Positions 14,720 to 28,381 of a DNA stretch of 64,000 nucleotides are shown one piece after another. This DNA is from Tubiluchus corallicola (taxonomy: Eukaryota > Animalia > Priapulida), in NCBI GenBank assembly GCA_030141605.1, contig JAQGDQ010000012.1, positions 620,001 to 684,000 on the forward strand, in the 5' to 3' direction. The stretch's first letter is position 1. The number at the start of each line of letters is the position of its first letter. The notes under the pieces are model-generated. The model ran no database searches. It was not told the DNA's origin and saw only the letters and a program-made list of their open reading frames with translations. The translations under genes and the position numbers were made by a program.

Positions 14720-17700
14720 CGCGACTCACCATGGGTAACTGGGCACCATACAGCCCCAGGCTAAACTATAGGGGATCTCGGAGCAACATGAGCCCCAGAG
14801 ATGCAGTGCGCATTACCCCCCAGCGTGTGGACATGCTCTGCCACTCACCAATCATGTCCCATCTATGGGTTAAATAGTGAATCCTCAACGGAATTTGGAC
14901 TTGCTCCTTGAATTCGATTGTGAAGGCAAACGAATGATATACCCGGCGGGCAGGCAGACAAAAGTGGGCTCTAAATTATCTGAGTACCGGCAGCTCGCTG
15001 TAGAAATCCTAGTATCCTAATCGTCTCGACTATCTCTTGCCATTGGATCAATGCTTGGAGTCCGAAACATGTGTGGCTGAGGTTCGTGCACCCCCAGGAT
15101 CACTTCAATCAAATCTTTGCACAGGTTATCCCTACTACCTTTAATTTCGTCATTTCCCTATCTGCGACAAAGTCCTACTGCAATGAGATATCCGGTGATG
15201 GGGACAGGTTATGGATGTAACTGGGAATTCTTAGTCAGAACCTTGCATGTAGGCAACTTGGGCGTGATGGCCGCTGTTAGCTGGACCAGGAGTAACCAGC
15301 TTCTTTGTGTCCTGCCCGAGCATCTGGGCAGCCCTATTTAGGGGTAGCACTGCTCACCTCCATGTAGGAAGGGTCGAGAAAAGGAGACCTAAACAAAGCT
15401 TGCTCCACTTCTGCACCTGGCTAGTTGACTGCGACTGACAGGTAATCCCATTACGCAGTAGAAATTTCAAACATAGGAAACTAATTCTTGCAAGTTGGAA
15501 TGCCTGGACTTTGATAGACCGGGATACAAATCGACCACACCGAAGAACAGCATTAGTTGCTGCAGAACTGAAAAGATATAATATTGATATTGCTGCTCTC
15601 AGTGAAACAATACTTGCAGATGAGGGCTCTATTGTCGTGGAATGTGAGGGCTATGTTTTTTCTGGAAGGGTCTTCCACAAACCGCTCGCCAGATACATGG
15701 TGTCAGTCTGACAATTAGAAAAGAACTCATGAAGCACATCACAGAGGAACTTGTAGGTATTCATGAACATCTGATGGCATTACGATTGCCTCTATCTAAA
15801 GGATCCTCTGTATGCCCCTACTCTGGATGCGGAGGAATGTATGAAGGATATATTCTATGAAACCTTAAATCAACTAGTACGACAGGCCAGATCCAATGAC
15901 AAGCTAATTCTACTCAGAGATTTCAATGCTAGGATGGGTTCAAATAGCATTGCATGGCAAAATGTTATTTATAAGCATGGTCTTGGAAAGATGAGCAGCA
16001 ACGGTTTGAGATTGCTTAGCTTTTGCTCTGAATACAAACTAATAATTACAAACACCGTGTTTCAACAAACTTACATGTACAAGGGTACTTGGATGCACCC
16101 AAGATCGCATCACTGGCATCTAATTGACTATGTCATTGTTAGACAAAATGATATTAAAGATGTCCTACTCACTCGCTCCATGTGCAGGGCTGAATGTTAG
16201 ACGGCAACCACAGGATGATTAAATCTACAATACGGTTGATGATCAGATATCAACGAGGAAAAAACCTGCAAGAAAGGGACCCAATGTTGCATTGCTATAC
16301 AGAACTGTGCAGCCCAAACCGAACTCGCAGCCTGCATGGATGACAAGTTAAGAGATTGTAACTCTGCAGAAGTTCTCACATCTCACGAGATTCCTATATA
16401 AACATAAACCATTCCTGGGATAGGTTACTCCAGAGGATTACTGAGGTAGCTTATTGTTGCCTTGGAACAACATCTCGCCATAATGCAGACTGGTTTATTG
16501 AGTCAGCTGACGAAATCCATGAACTTCTGTAGGAAAAAATATACCTCATGATGCCTATTTAGCAAACCCTGCATCCAGAGTACTTCTTAATCGCTGGCAT
16601 GAAATTCATGGTAATGAACAGAGCAAGATACGTCAACTTCAGAATAAAATTCAAAGCCTTGCCCACACTAACAAAATCCACGAGTTCCATGAAACCATCA
16701 AAGGAATATACGGATCCACTCGTAGAACACAAAAACTTGTTCACTCTGCCGACAGTAGCACACTAATCCAGGACAAAATCTTGAAAAGATGAGCTGAACA
16801 CTTTAAAGAACTTCTCAACAGACAGAACCCATATGATCCATCTATTTTAGAAGACCTACCAACTATTCCACAAATCCTGGAACTTGGCAACCCACCCTCG
16901 GTATATGAGATAGCCACAGCTATCAAATATCTAAAAAACAGGAAGGCAGGTGGCTCAGATAGAATCCCTTGTGAAATCTATAAATATGGGGGCCAAAGAC
17001 TGACTAACGACCTTGCTTCCTTTCTGGAAATATGTTGGAGGAACACAATGATCCCTGAACACTGGAAGCATGCCAGAATAATTACAATCTGTAAGAAAAA
17101 AGGTGATCAAGCGGAATGTGGAAACAGTCATGGAATATCGTTATTGGATATTTCAGGCAAGATTCTCACAAGAGTTATGCTATCTCGTCTTATACATCAT
17201 ATTGCTGACAAAGTGCTATCAGAATCACAATGTGGGTTTCACTCAGATTGCAGTACAATAGACATGGTATTTACCTGCCGATAGCTGATTGAAAAGTGTC
17301 GAGAACAGCACCAAGATATCTGTCTGGCTTTCATCGATTTAACGAAAGCTTTCAACACGGTTAATCATGGCATGTTATGGCAGATTCTACAAAGATTTGG
17401 CTGTCCACCAAAATTCCTGGCCATTCTCAGACAGTTTCATGACGGTATGAGGGCATGTATTGCATCCGCTGGAGAAGAATCAACTGAGTTTAAAGTGAGC
17501 ATGGGAGTGAAACAAGAATGTGTAGTTGCACCTATCATCTTCAACGTATACACAGTTGCAGTAACGTTACTGACTAGAAAGACCATGGATGACCAAGATG
17601 GAATCAAGCTTCGCTACCGAACAGATGAAAGTGTCTTTAACTTAAGAAGGTTGAAAGCCGAAACCAAAACCTCAAATTATACTGTATTTGACTTAGAGTA

Positions 17701-17765
17701 TGCCGATGACTGTGCTGCTAACTCACTCAGTCCCCCAACATTCCAACAACTACTCTCCAGTATGC
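14720..17765 (+). mobile_element. Degenerate RTE-clade LINE (5' UTR, AP endonuclease, RT up to YADD); 3' part missing
   Basis: LASWNAWTL..RPHRRTALVAAELKRYNIDIAALSET, DFNAR, TWMHPRSHHWHLIDYVIVR, KKGD...CGN..GISLL, ESQCGF..STIDMVF, GVKQECV, VFNLRRLKA, EYADD; many stops and frameshifts. 5' boundary approximate. Confidence 0.9.
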
Positions 17766-17769
17766 AAAA

Positions 17770-18922
17770 TGGGCAAATGGGGCTACAGGCCACAGGGAAG
17801 TGTTCTAGGACAAGTTTTATTCACAATCTTCATTAAACACAATCTCAATCTACCGAGCATATTCACTTTTGGAAATAAGCTATTTGCAGCGACACCGAAA
17901 TATATGACAGAGTAACTACCATTGAGATACAAAATCATTTACAAACTAATGTACAACTTGTAGACAAGTGGTGCAATACTCGGCAAATGATTTTCAACCA
18001 TGATAAATGCAGTGCTGAAAATAGGCAACAAAATATCCAATGAATCACCATATGTCATGACACATAATGGCAGTCTCGAGCCTGTCGAATGTGTATCTGA
18101 GGAAAAAGACCTTGGCATTACTGTAGATAACAAGCTTCAGTTTACAAGTCACATTCATGATATATCGCAGAAGGTAGATAGCAGATCAACGTTAATAAAG
18201 CATAACTTCAGATACTTGGATACTGGTATGTTAATCAACCTCTATAAATCCATGGTAAGACCAATCTTAGATTACGCTGATGTGATTTGGAATCCATCTA
18301 GACATGACATGATTCGTGAGCTCGAAAGTATTCAGCGTCGAGCAACTAGGATGATACCTAATATAGCAGAAAAATCATATCCTGATAGATTAAGACATTT
18401 AGGACTTAAATACAGAAGACACGAGCAGGATATGATCCAGACATTTAGGATCCTTAAGGGCATTGACCAGATAGACAGTCACAAAATATTTGAACTCCAT
18501 ATACACCATAGGACAAGAGGACATTCACTCAAATTCAACAAGAAATCTGTTTCAAAATGGGGAAGAACACATAATTTCTTTGCAAATGCCTGGAACAAGC
18601 TTCCTGAATATGTAGTGAGTGCTTCTTCAGTTACTCAATTTAAATCTCGATTAGACCGACTCTGGGGTAATCATCTGGTGAAATACATTGATACTAGACT
18701 TCTACAATGGCAACAAGATGCTTGGATTTTTGAGGGGACCTGTCACTATTGATCGTACAAATAAGAACACACCGATACTATCTTCCGGTTCGTATCATTA
18801 GCGCCAACACCTACTAGTAAACTTGAAATAAATAAAGCATTCCAGAGAAGATCGGAGAGGTAAAAAGTGGTCATTTATGCTTAACCGCTATCCATGCTGT
18901 AAGCTGTAAGTGTAAGCTGTAA
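17770..18922 (+). mobile_element. 5'-truncated CR1-clade LINE (RT C-terminal part and 3' tail)
   Basis: PQGSVLGQVLFTIFI, EKDLGITVDNKLQF, LYKSMVRPILDY, LESIQRRATRMIP, RTRGHSLK, WNKLPEYVVSASSV..FKSRLD; ends in (gctgtaa/gtgtaa)n tail at ~18896-18922. Confidence 0.88.
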
Positions 18923-19124
18923 TGAAAGACAGTAAGATTTTGCTATGGGAAAATCTTAATAAAAAATAACCCAATGAAAACAATAAGATTTTTGCTAAGA
19001 TCTTAATAATAGACTTGGTCTTTTCGTACTTGGACTAAGGATTGGTCGCGTTGGTAGTATTTAATGTAGTCGTTTAGGCAGTGCGCTTTTCGGCTAAGAA
19101 CTTTTATTAGTTATTTTGATGAAA

Positions 19125-22100
19125 ATGGCGGCAGAATTTAAGTACGTGTTGTACTTTATATAAATATAAATTATAATTAAGGCTTCTCAAAAGTACTCAA
19201 TGTCTTAACAATTAAAGACGGTTGTCATATTATATGTAAAAAATGTCCTGTGAGGGGAGTCGTGAGTGGTAGTTTCTCACATTCTCTAGAAACTAAGACG
19301 TTACTGCATTATTGCAGTCGGTCAAGTGGCGTTTATGTAATTTGCGGTTGCGTTTTCCACCCGGCCGAAAAAAATCAATAGGAAATAACTGCAGGAAAAA
19401 CCGCATCCGTAAGTTACATAAGCGCCACTTTAGACTTTCAGTAATTTAAATGCACAACTATATACTGCCTAACGTACATTTAAACAATGAAAATCTAGCA
19501 ACAGCTCGACGACTTTTAGAACAAGACATTGCAAACATTAACATAAATATTAGCATTTACCCATTTAAAACTAAAATTAAATAGCACCAAAACATATTTC
19601 ATAGTCCTTTGCCCCTTCTCAAATGACAATAACAAATACTTTAATAAAAGTTGAAAATAGCATAATAAAACAGAAAAACAATGTAAATTTCCTTGGTATG
19701 TGTGTCTATAATAAACTTTCGTGGGAGAACCACTTTAATAAAATTTATGATAAAATAGCATGTGGAACATACTACTTATGACAGGTAAAACTTTTCTAAA
19801 ATGCCCTCTAACTAAAGGAACGAAGCTATTAATTTTTAAAACTTTCATTCTATCCCACTTTCTATATGGATGCACACTTTTTCATGAAGTTTCAAGAGAC
19901 AGCTATAACAAAGTAAATAGTGTGCAAAATTATGCCTTAAAAGGCTATTCAAATAAAACATCTCTCATCACAAATCAAACCTCTGCAACATTGTTTAAAA
20001 TCCCAATTTGAAGCACATAAAGACTTCTACATGATCGTATTTTTATACAAATACTTCAACAATATTAACGCGCCTTTCATCAAAAATAAGCTTCCACTCC
20101 GCTTGGAGCCAACATTAAATCCAAGGACACACAATATTAAAGAAACACGCGCTAATAACAAATACGGTAACAATTCTATCGCTAAACAATGAGTTCATCT
20201 CTGCAATGCTTTGCCATGAAATTTAGAACAAATCAAGTCTTTTTACGAGTTCAAATCAAAATTAAAAATACATACACATTGTAACACATATTTTTGTTAT
20301 AAATTCTTGGCACAGCAGTTTTTAGTTTGCACTGGACGCATTTGCCTATAACAGTTGTGTGAATTTTTATTCTAATGCTGCAGTGTTCTTATATGATTTT
20401 GTGCTTATGAATATTGATTTTTTTTTATTGGCAAATAAATTTATATATATATAAATTTATATATAATCAGTATATGTGTATATATATATACTGTTCCGTT
20501 TTTGCTCGGAAAACACTTTTCCGAGCAGTGACATTGATGATCAGTCGTTACATGCTTAGAGGACAGGAATTGGAAAGACACACTCCATGTTTCAAGGTTT
20601 TACTTTTGATGACTAAGGTCTATAGTGACGTATAGTACAATAGTCGCTACATAACAATAGCAAATTTGCTTAAAACTTCCATCCATTCTATAAATAATGC
20701 TGTGGTACTTTTAAATCAGTCAGTAGTTGATGTTTCAACAGCTTCCTCGAGCAGCATATTCCATGTACCTACCAATATTCTACTGCTGAAGAAATGTTAA
20801 TTTTTTCTTAATTTTAGTAATGTGGTGATCTCTTTGTTCTGTTATTAGTTTAGAAGGTCTAAGTTTTTCAGGGACTTTTTAACGGTGTTGTGAAATTTGG
20901 ATACGATCACGTTAAACTGTGATATGTCTATTTCAAGCTAAATATGCTGCTTAAGCATATTGCAGAAAAGCTATTAAAATTATCACATTTGCTTTTGTAA
21001 TTTACTCTGTATATTCTTATTTCTGAATTACCTTTACAGAAAAATTCAACCACAAGAATTTCATAGGAAATTTTTGGTATGTATGGCTACTATGTTCAAC
21101 TTAAATTGCAATTATGGAAATTAGAATGTGTGTAAAACATACTGGTTGCTAATTTAAGATTTTGCCAAAGAAAATCTTAATTTTAACAGTTAAGTTATAA
21201 CTGATAATTTTTGTTGCTACTGCTGTCACATGAACCTTGTATAAAGAGAATTTTTTGTGCACATTTCTTTCAAAAACTGTATCTGTCTGTGTAAAAATAA
21301 AATATGGTAAATTTATTAGTAAATATAATACAACATATTAAGGTACAAAGTAGAGTAGATGTATAGAAAACTAGGATTTATTATATATTATTAGGGAGCA
21401 TTTGTAGAAAACTAGGAACATATTTTAAGAGCACATTCTAGAGGAAACTTTGAAACTCTCTAATTGCACAAAATTTAATAACTTTGTATGGAATACAGAC
21501 CAGTACTACTCACAGCTTGCAAATAACATGAAAAAGTCTGTCAGCTTTAGCTTAAGCATCATTCACCAAGTATAGTGGAGAGGAATAATTTTTTGTTTGG
21601 TGAGGGACTAAAGCTTGTTATGAGTAGAATTGTAACTCATAGTGTGACAATGTATTTACAATCTGACAAAGAAGAGCATAACAAATGTATTTATCTAAAA
21701 GTTGTTACATTCTTTATTCTGTGATTTAATTCTTTCAGCTTGCTAAAGTAAAATGTCCTCTTGAAGTGTCCGACTGACTAATTAATAAAATTTGAACAAA
21801 CTGTCAGTATTCTGCACAATCTATGCAATTTAAATAGAATGTTAAGGCAAAACTGTGTTCTGTTTAAAGCATGTAATTAAGTGCATAGATATGTAAATAT
21901 AATAAAGATCTAGTATTGCATTTATATCTGCAAAGCCATAATCAGATGTTGATTGAATTCATATCTTCCTTGGTACTGTCAGTACAGTGACTGATTTGAA
22001 TACATGAATAACAAATTTTATAACACCCAGCTATGATAACTGTGCAGGCTATGTCTAGTAGTTAATTCCTGCGTGCATTTAAGGCATCTGGGCAGTGTTA

Positions 22101-23591
22101 TCACTGCTGAATTTATGCTTGTATTCAAAGTCATCTGGGTAATGTCTCTGCTAACTTTTATCCCAACAGTGGATATGTCAAAAAAAAGTTATGAAAAAAA
22201 CTTGATATCTTATAAATTCATAATGTACTGTGAAAAAAAAACTGTTTTTTGGTAGTAATTTATCAGACTTATTATTTTTGTAGGAAGTATGGTTAATTGT
22301 GACATAAATTAAATTGAATGTAACAATTTATTTTCAATTTACAGTTGTTTTATTAGATTTACCAGTGTGTGCAGAACACAGACTATTGCTAGTATTGCCC
22401 TCCAAAAAAGCCAAATAGATACAACATAAAAAAATTTAAGCTAAGGTGATTCTCTTCACCGTAGTACATGTTTTTGTATTTTATAAATTGTGTCCAATAT
22501 GTTTAATACATTTTGATCTGTCTTTCATAGGAACAGAAAAAGCGACCAGATGGAAGGAGTTTGACTGATTTTCGACCAACGTTGTTAAATATTGGTAAAT
22601 ACTACAATTTTTTAGTTGTAAATATGCAATTCTGAAATGAAATATGACTTTAATTTAACAGTTAGCCATTTGCCTTTCAAGCAAGAGTGAACATATGCTA
22701 CCCAGAATCTCTAAATGCTGTTTTTATAAATTATCCAATCCTCTATAACTGAAAAAAAATTGAGAAAACAGATATCAGTAATTTTTAATACAGCTAAGTC
22801 AATGAAAATGAAAATGATTATGCTTTAAACTTGAGTCCACATACAAGTTTAGCATAGTATCATCAGGTGCAAAATGTGCGAGAAATTGTAATATAATTTA
22901 TGTTTATTACTTATCGGATTTGTAGTGGTTGCAAAAATCTGAGATTAGTTATTATGTTATCATGTACTAATGAAAGTGATACTGACAAATTTAGAATATG
23001 GAAGGTTTAGGGTAAGAGAAACTTGGCTGTGTTGGAAAGGTGCTTTATTGTAAGGTCTAAAAAGTAGTATTCAGAGTAATATCTTACATCTTGATTACAG
23101 TGAGCGATTGTAATTACTACTGCAATAACTTTTTATTAATGGAATTTGTATTTCATCGATTTTTGGGTTACTTGAGCTTTCATATAACTCCATAGAGCCA
23201 TTCAGTTCACCGTGCTGTTGTTCTCATTGCCATTTTTGTTCTCGGTCTACTGTAATACAAAACTTTTCCATTTACTCGTAGTGAGCAGACAATGTATACT
23301 AAATTTTCATCAAAATTTTTAGATTACTTGACAACTGTAAATGTGTATCTATAATCTGTTAACAGCTACTTTATTATCGTCATTTCAGCTGAGTTTTTTA
23401 TATTGTCTTTATGGTCTACCCTGGAGCCTATTTATTAGGTATTCGTTTTTGAAAAAAAAAGTTATTTTCAGTCCGAAATGTAATCGATTTTTCTATGGTT
23501 AAGTGTTGTTTCAATAGGGAAAATTCTCTGAGCAGGCGATGTCGATAGTTTAATGGCAAAGCCAAGTAGACAGCGACTAGAAAGGGAGAGA

Positions 23592-23688
<97 letters not shown>

Positions 23689-26600
23689 GAATGGAGAAAA
23701 GTAGCACCTTGGTTGAAATGAGCCTGCCTACGAATTAAGAGGGCTGCGATAGTGTTCACAAAGTCATAGCCTGGCAGGTGGGCAGAAAAAACTAAATAGC
23801 GAGTAACCCAGTGCTTTGTAGTTTAATTTAGTGTAACTTTATCACTAGTATAAAATGTATTAAAGCTTATAAATAAGGCTCACTTACTTACTGCATGGTA
23901 CTTTTCTGATAGTTACTTAACTGTCCTAAATTTGTTTACATTCTAGGCTCAATCAGCACTGCAGAAGGTTCTGCTTTGATCAAGCTAGGGAATACTACAG
24001 TTGTGTGTGGTGTTAAAGCAGTAAGTAATACTTGTTGAATGATATAAATTTAATCTGCATGGGCAGTTCTTAACACAATGTCTGTGTTGTTTGCATTAGC
24101 TTATATCGTGAAAATTCTCAAATGCAATTTGAAGTTCAACTTTTCCACAAGTGCAGGATATTAGTGTAAAAGAATAAATAAGTAATTTTCTAGCTTTATT
24201 TCATTTGTGGTATAAATATATTTAGATGCATGTGCTGCGTGGATTGATACTGAATTGCGTGAGAATTCCATTAATTTTTGATTAGAGTTTAGATATGCAT
24301 TGAGGCGTACTATACCACATTTAGAGCTTGTCAGCACACTCTCTTGTTCACATGACAATTCAAGTGAAAATTTGTTGGGTAATCAGATAAACACGATTTT
24401 CCATATTGGTTAAAGGAAGACAGGGTGATTTTTCATATACTACCCACTTTTCAAGTACGGTAGAAAGTATACATTTTAACACCAAAAATACTGCAAAAGC
24501 ATTTCTGATTATTAAATAATAGATTAAAATCTTAATTAATGATGGGCGAGCCCAACTAGTGATGACATCACAAACTAACACAACTTCAAACATCAAAAAT
24601 ATTCCATGAGCGTGTTGCGCATGTCTATAAAAGTGAAAATTGAAGAACAGTGCTGCATAAGACATTCAGTGTGTTGTACTAAAACTACGTTCGTTTTAAG
24701 ACAAAAATTCGAATTTCAAATTCACCTCTGTAGTCTTGCATGAGCTGTCAAACGTGTGCAGTTCGTCACATTTAAACTGACAGGTACAGCACCTGTCTTT
24801 TGCGTAACGCTTTTTGAAATGCAGGCGCTAGTGCCTGTCTAATTAGCGAATAGCGAAATGCATGTAACAGCGAATGGTGCGAATGCGAAATTGGGTTGTG
24901 AAGAATAGGTTGTTTTGACAAACAATTTAACATTGGGTCTGATTTTGCTTCAAGTAGGTTATATATCAATTGGGATTCAGGAAAGTTTGTATATAACTTT
25001 TATAGCTGCATACAAATGGGCATTTGGCTTGTCTCTTTGTTGCTCATGTTTATCTTTTTTCTGTGCCTTCTTCGGATTAGTTCTTCACTTCTGAACTATC
25101 TCTATTCTTCGGTGACTGCAAGCCTGTGGTTTAATTTTACTTTTTTTTACAAGAGAAGTTGAAACTTTAGAACAAGTTGTATACTTTCCAGATACAGCTA
25201 GCAAATTCCCCCACGTTCTCTTCAGTTGTTAAAAATGTGCTGATCATTTCAAGTAAAGCTACAATCTCCTTGTTTGGTGAATTTTCTTTCTGTATTTTCG
25301 GTTTTCTTAAAAAATTGAATTACTAAAAAAATTACACTGTACCTTACGAGTAAAAGTTATTCTCCGAGGTCTCATGAGCTCCTGGATTGGATAAGATCTA
25401 CTTTTTGAGACAAAAAGCACTCAAATTTTTATTCATATTAAAGAAGACAAGTTTCAGTATGTTGTAGATATTTTAAATACTGTATACTCTGTTTCAGGAG
25501 CTATTTACTCCAAAGCCTGATACTCCAAATGGAGGACTTATAGGTAAGTTATTATGAGTTGCTGAGAGAATCTGTCATTATAGTTTATAGTGAAATAGAG
25601 ATATCTGATAAGATTAATGCCTTGAACTTGTTTTCCAACTGTTTATTTCATTGATATTTTCAGTACCAAATGTGGAACTACCAGCTTTATGTTCTCCTCG
25701 TTTCCGTCCTGGTCCTCCTAGTGAACAAGCTCAGGTTACGAGTCAACTGATGTGTGATGTTATACAGAAGTAGGCTTATGATGTTTTGAGTGGTTTTGTC
25801 TTTATTTGTAATTTTATAGTTCTTAATATTAGAAATTTGAAGGTGCAAGTTATATATTTTTGCAGGCAGTTTTGTAAGCTTACAGACAAAATTTTGTTTC
25901 TTGGAACTTTGTAAATATGCAATTTTCTATTTGATTTGTTTCAATAAACATATGAATTTCATTAAAATAAACCTTTAAATTTTTCAAACATTTTTACATA
26001 ATTCAGTGACTGATTTTGAAGAGTATACTCTTTGCATAGGCCGTGTTTATTAAATATATTTTTTTGACTAAAATAGCTCATATTTTAAATTTTTGGTATA
26101 ATTTTGTTCGTGTTGCAGCTCCGGTTGTGTAAATTTAGAGGATTTGTGTGTAATACAAGAGAAGCTGGCTTGGTGTTTATACTGTGACATGTTGTGTCTT
26201 GACTATGATGGCAACATAAATGATGCTTGTCTAGCAGTTCTAATAGCAGCCCTCAGATCAAGTAAGACTGTAATAGCTAGGTACTATGTTTTGAATAAGA
26301 TATTATTTTTATTATTGTTGTTGTTGTTGTTGTTGTTTATTTATCTAACATTTATCATTGACTGAGAAAATAAATGACAAACATTTATTACGATTAAAAA
26401 AATTATCATTGACCATGGTAGCAGAGTAGTGAAGATTTTGCTGTATTTTGAAATTCAAATGGATATGGTGGAATTTGTAAATTATAATTTCTGTCATTGT
26501 TGAACCAGAGCAGTGATATTGTAGGAATTTAGACATGTATATAATAAATTCTTTGTGTGTTTATATTTTAGCTGTGTTTAGTTATGAATTTTATTATGGT

Positions 26601-28084
26601 TTTTTGTGTTTCAGTATCAAAAATCAGTCTTAATTGTTTTTAGCTAAGCTACCAATGGTTTTAATTGATGATGAAACGGAAGAGATTTCTGTTTATTCTG
26701 ACAAACGGAAAAGTTTGTCCCTCCGTAACTTTCCAGTTGCAGCATCTTTTTCTGTGTTTGACAAGTAAGTCCATCTGCATATCACTCAACTTAAATGAAT
26801 AATAGACATTTTTTGTACTATTGTAAGTGAGTCTTTTTAAGGAATTCATTAAAACAAGTGCTATATTCATTGTCACGGAAAATAAACATCCAATTATTAA
26901 GTTTGTTTAAACACATATGTTTAGCTCCATATAACATCTTTTAGCCTAAATTTGCTTGCGTGTATACTAAGCGCACTGCCTTGACTTCTATTCTAGCTAG
27001 TCTACTGTGATTGTGAGACAGATATCATTTTAGGCTGCTAAAATGTATGTAAATTTTAAAGCCCTTTTTGCAGTGTAATAAAGCATTTACATCGGTGATT
27101 TCTATAGCTGTTCATTTGTATCATTTCTGGATAATGGTTAAGTGTTATGGATCTGCCTGGTATTTTTAGGTAGAATCGTTGTATAGCACCTAATTGTAAT
27201 TGTGTATTATGACTCGTAGAAGCATGTATCATTGATTTTGCTATGATGTGTTTTATCTCTCATAGGTAGGATTTACAGTGCAGAAGATCAACAATTAGTA
27301 TCTTGTTGCAAAATTTTCGTTATTCATTTCCTGCATTGAGGCTTAAATATTACGTGTAAATTTTCATTTTAATCATAGAATGTCACTTGTAGTATTTCTA
27401 TTTCAAAGAAGAGTGTGTTTCTTTTTTTAAATAAAAATAAATTTGTTTAATTGTGTAGTGAAGTGGTGTGTGCTGATCCTGCAGCCGAAGAAGAAGCACT
27501 GGCAGTGGGTATGGTTACTGTGGTAACATTAGAAGATGAGCAAATATGCACACTTCACAAACCTGGTAATAAAATAACACCGTTGACAACTTTATACATA
27601 AAATTTGGCATTTTTGTTCACCAGTTCATTTTGTTATATATATCATTAAACGACATGTTCTCAGGACCGAGGCAAATGTTGCCTTTAGGGCTGCTAATTG
27701 TCTGTTTATCTGCTAATAGGATATTGCATTATAAAGCCAATCATCGAATACTTTGTATTTACAGCATGGTCATGTCAATATTGTAATAGTTTTTGTATTC
27801 ATTGTCCTGTAGTCAGAATTTGAATAGACTGTTGTTTACTGCTAGTTTGGATTGATTTAGCAAACTTTGTAATGTTTAACACATTTTTTAATTTTTCTTT
27901 GTTAGAATTTCATATTCAGCTGCATCACCATCTCAATTATAAATGTTGCATTTAAAATATTGGTCTTGTAGGTGGAAGTCCATTATCAAAAAGTCAAATA
28001 CAAGACTGCATAACCAGAACAATAGCCAGAGCAACAGAGGTACGACGACTAACGGAAGAAGTAGAGATGAGTATTGAACGATAA
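19125..28084 (+). CDS. EXOSC8: Exosome complex component RRP43 (275 aa, 10 exons)
   Basis: Exons 19125-19141, 21040-21076, 22531-22594, 23947-24020, 25498-25543, 25664-25769, 26119-26261, 26644-26764, 27459-27565, 27972-28084, all GT-AG and in frame (828 nt). Protein: [107 protein letters not shown]. Confidence 0.96.
19445..20445 (+). mobile_element. Old L2/CR1-like LINE 3' fragment in EXOSC8 intron 1
   Basis: Degenerate [46 protein letters not shown]; ends with AATAAA followed by TA-rich tail. Confidence 0.65.
23585..23680. repeat. (GA)n microsatellite
   Basis: Direct observation. Confidence 0.98.
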
Positions 28085-28381
28085 CATTTTGCAGCAAATC
28101 GTGATTATTCCTAGACTGTCTAACAAATACAAGACTGTATAAACAGAATAATAGCCAGAGCAACAGAGGTACGATGACTAACGGAAGAAGTAGAGATGAG
28201 TATTGAACGATGACATTTTGCAGCAAACCGTGATTATTCCTAGACTGTCTAACAAATACAAGACTGTATAAACAGAATAATAGCCAGAGCAACAGAGGTA
28301 CGACGACTAACGGAAGAAATATAGATGAGTATTGAACGATGACATTTTGCAGCAAACCGTGATTATTCCTAGACTGTCTAA
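27995..28381 (+). repeat. 3 x 129-bp tandem repeat of the EXOSC8 C-terminal coding sequence, stop codon and proximal 3' UTR
   Basis: Units start at 27995, 28124 and 28253 (caaatacaagactg...ctagactgtctaa). Confidence 0.97.

Noticed and set aside
23468-23759. (ER)n and (SL)n ORFs
   Set aside because: (GA)n microsatellite in an EXOSC8 intron.
24410-25450. Kolobok-like element (TTAA-AGG start)
   Set aside because: No matching right terminal inverted repeat found.
28082-28381. Stop-codon readthrough of EXOSC8 into the in-frame repeats
   Set aside because: The first stop is TAA and is followed by further in-frame TAG and TAA within the unit.
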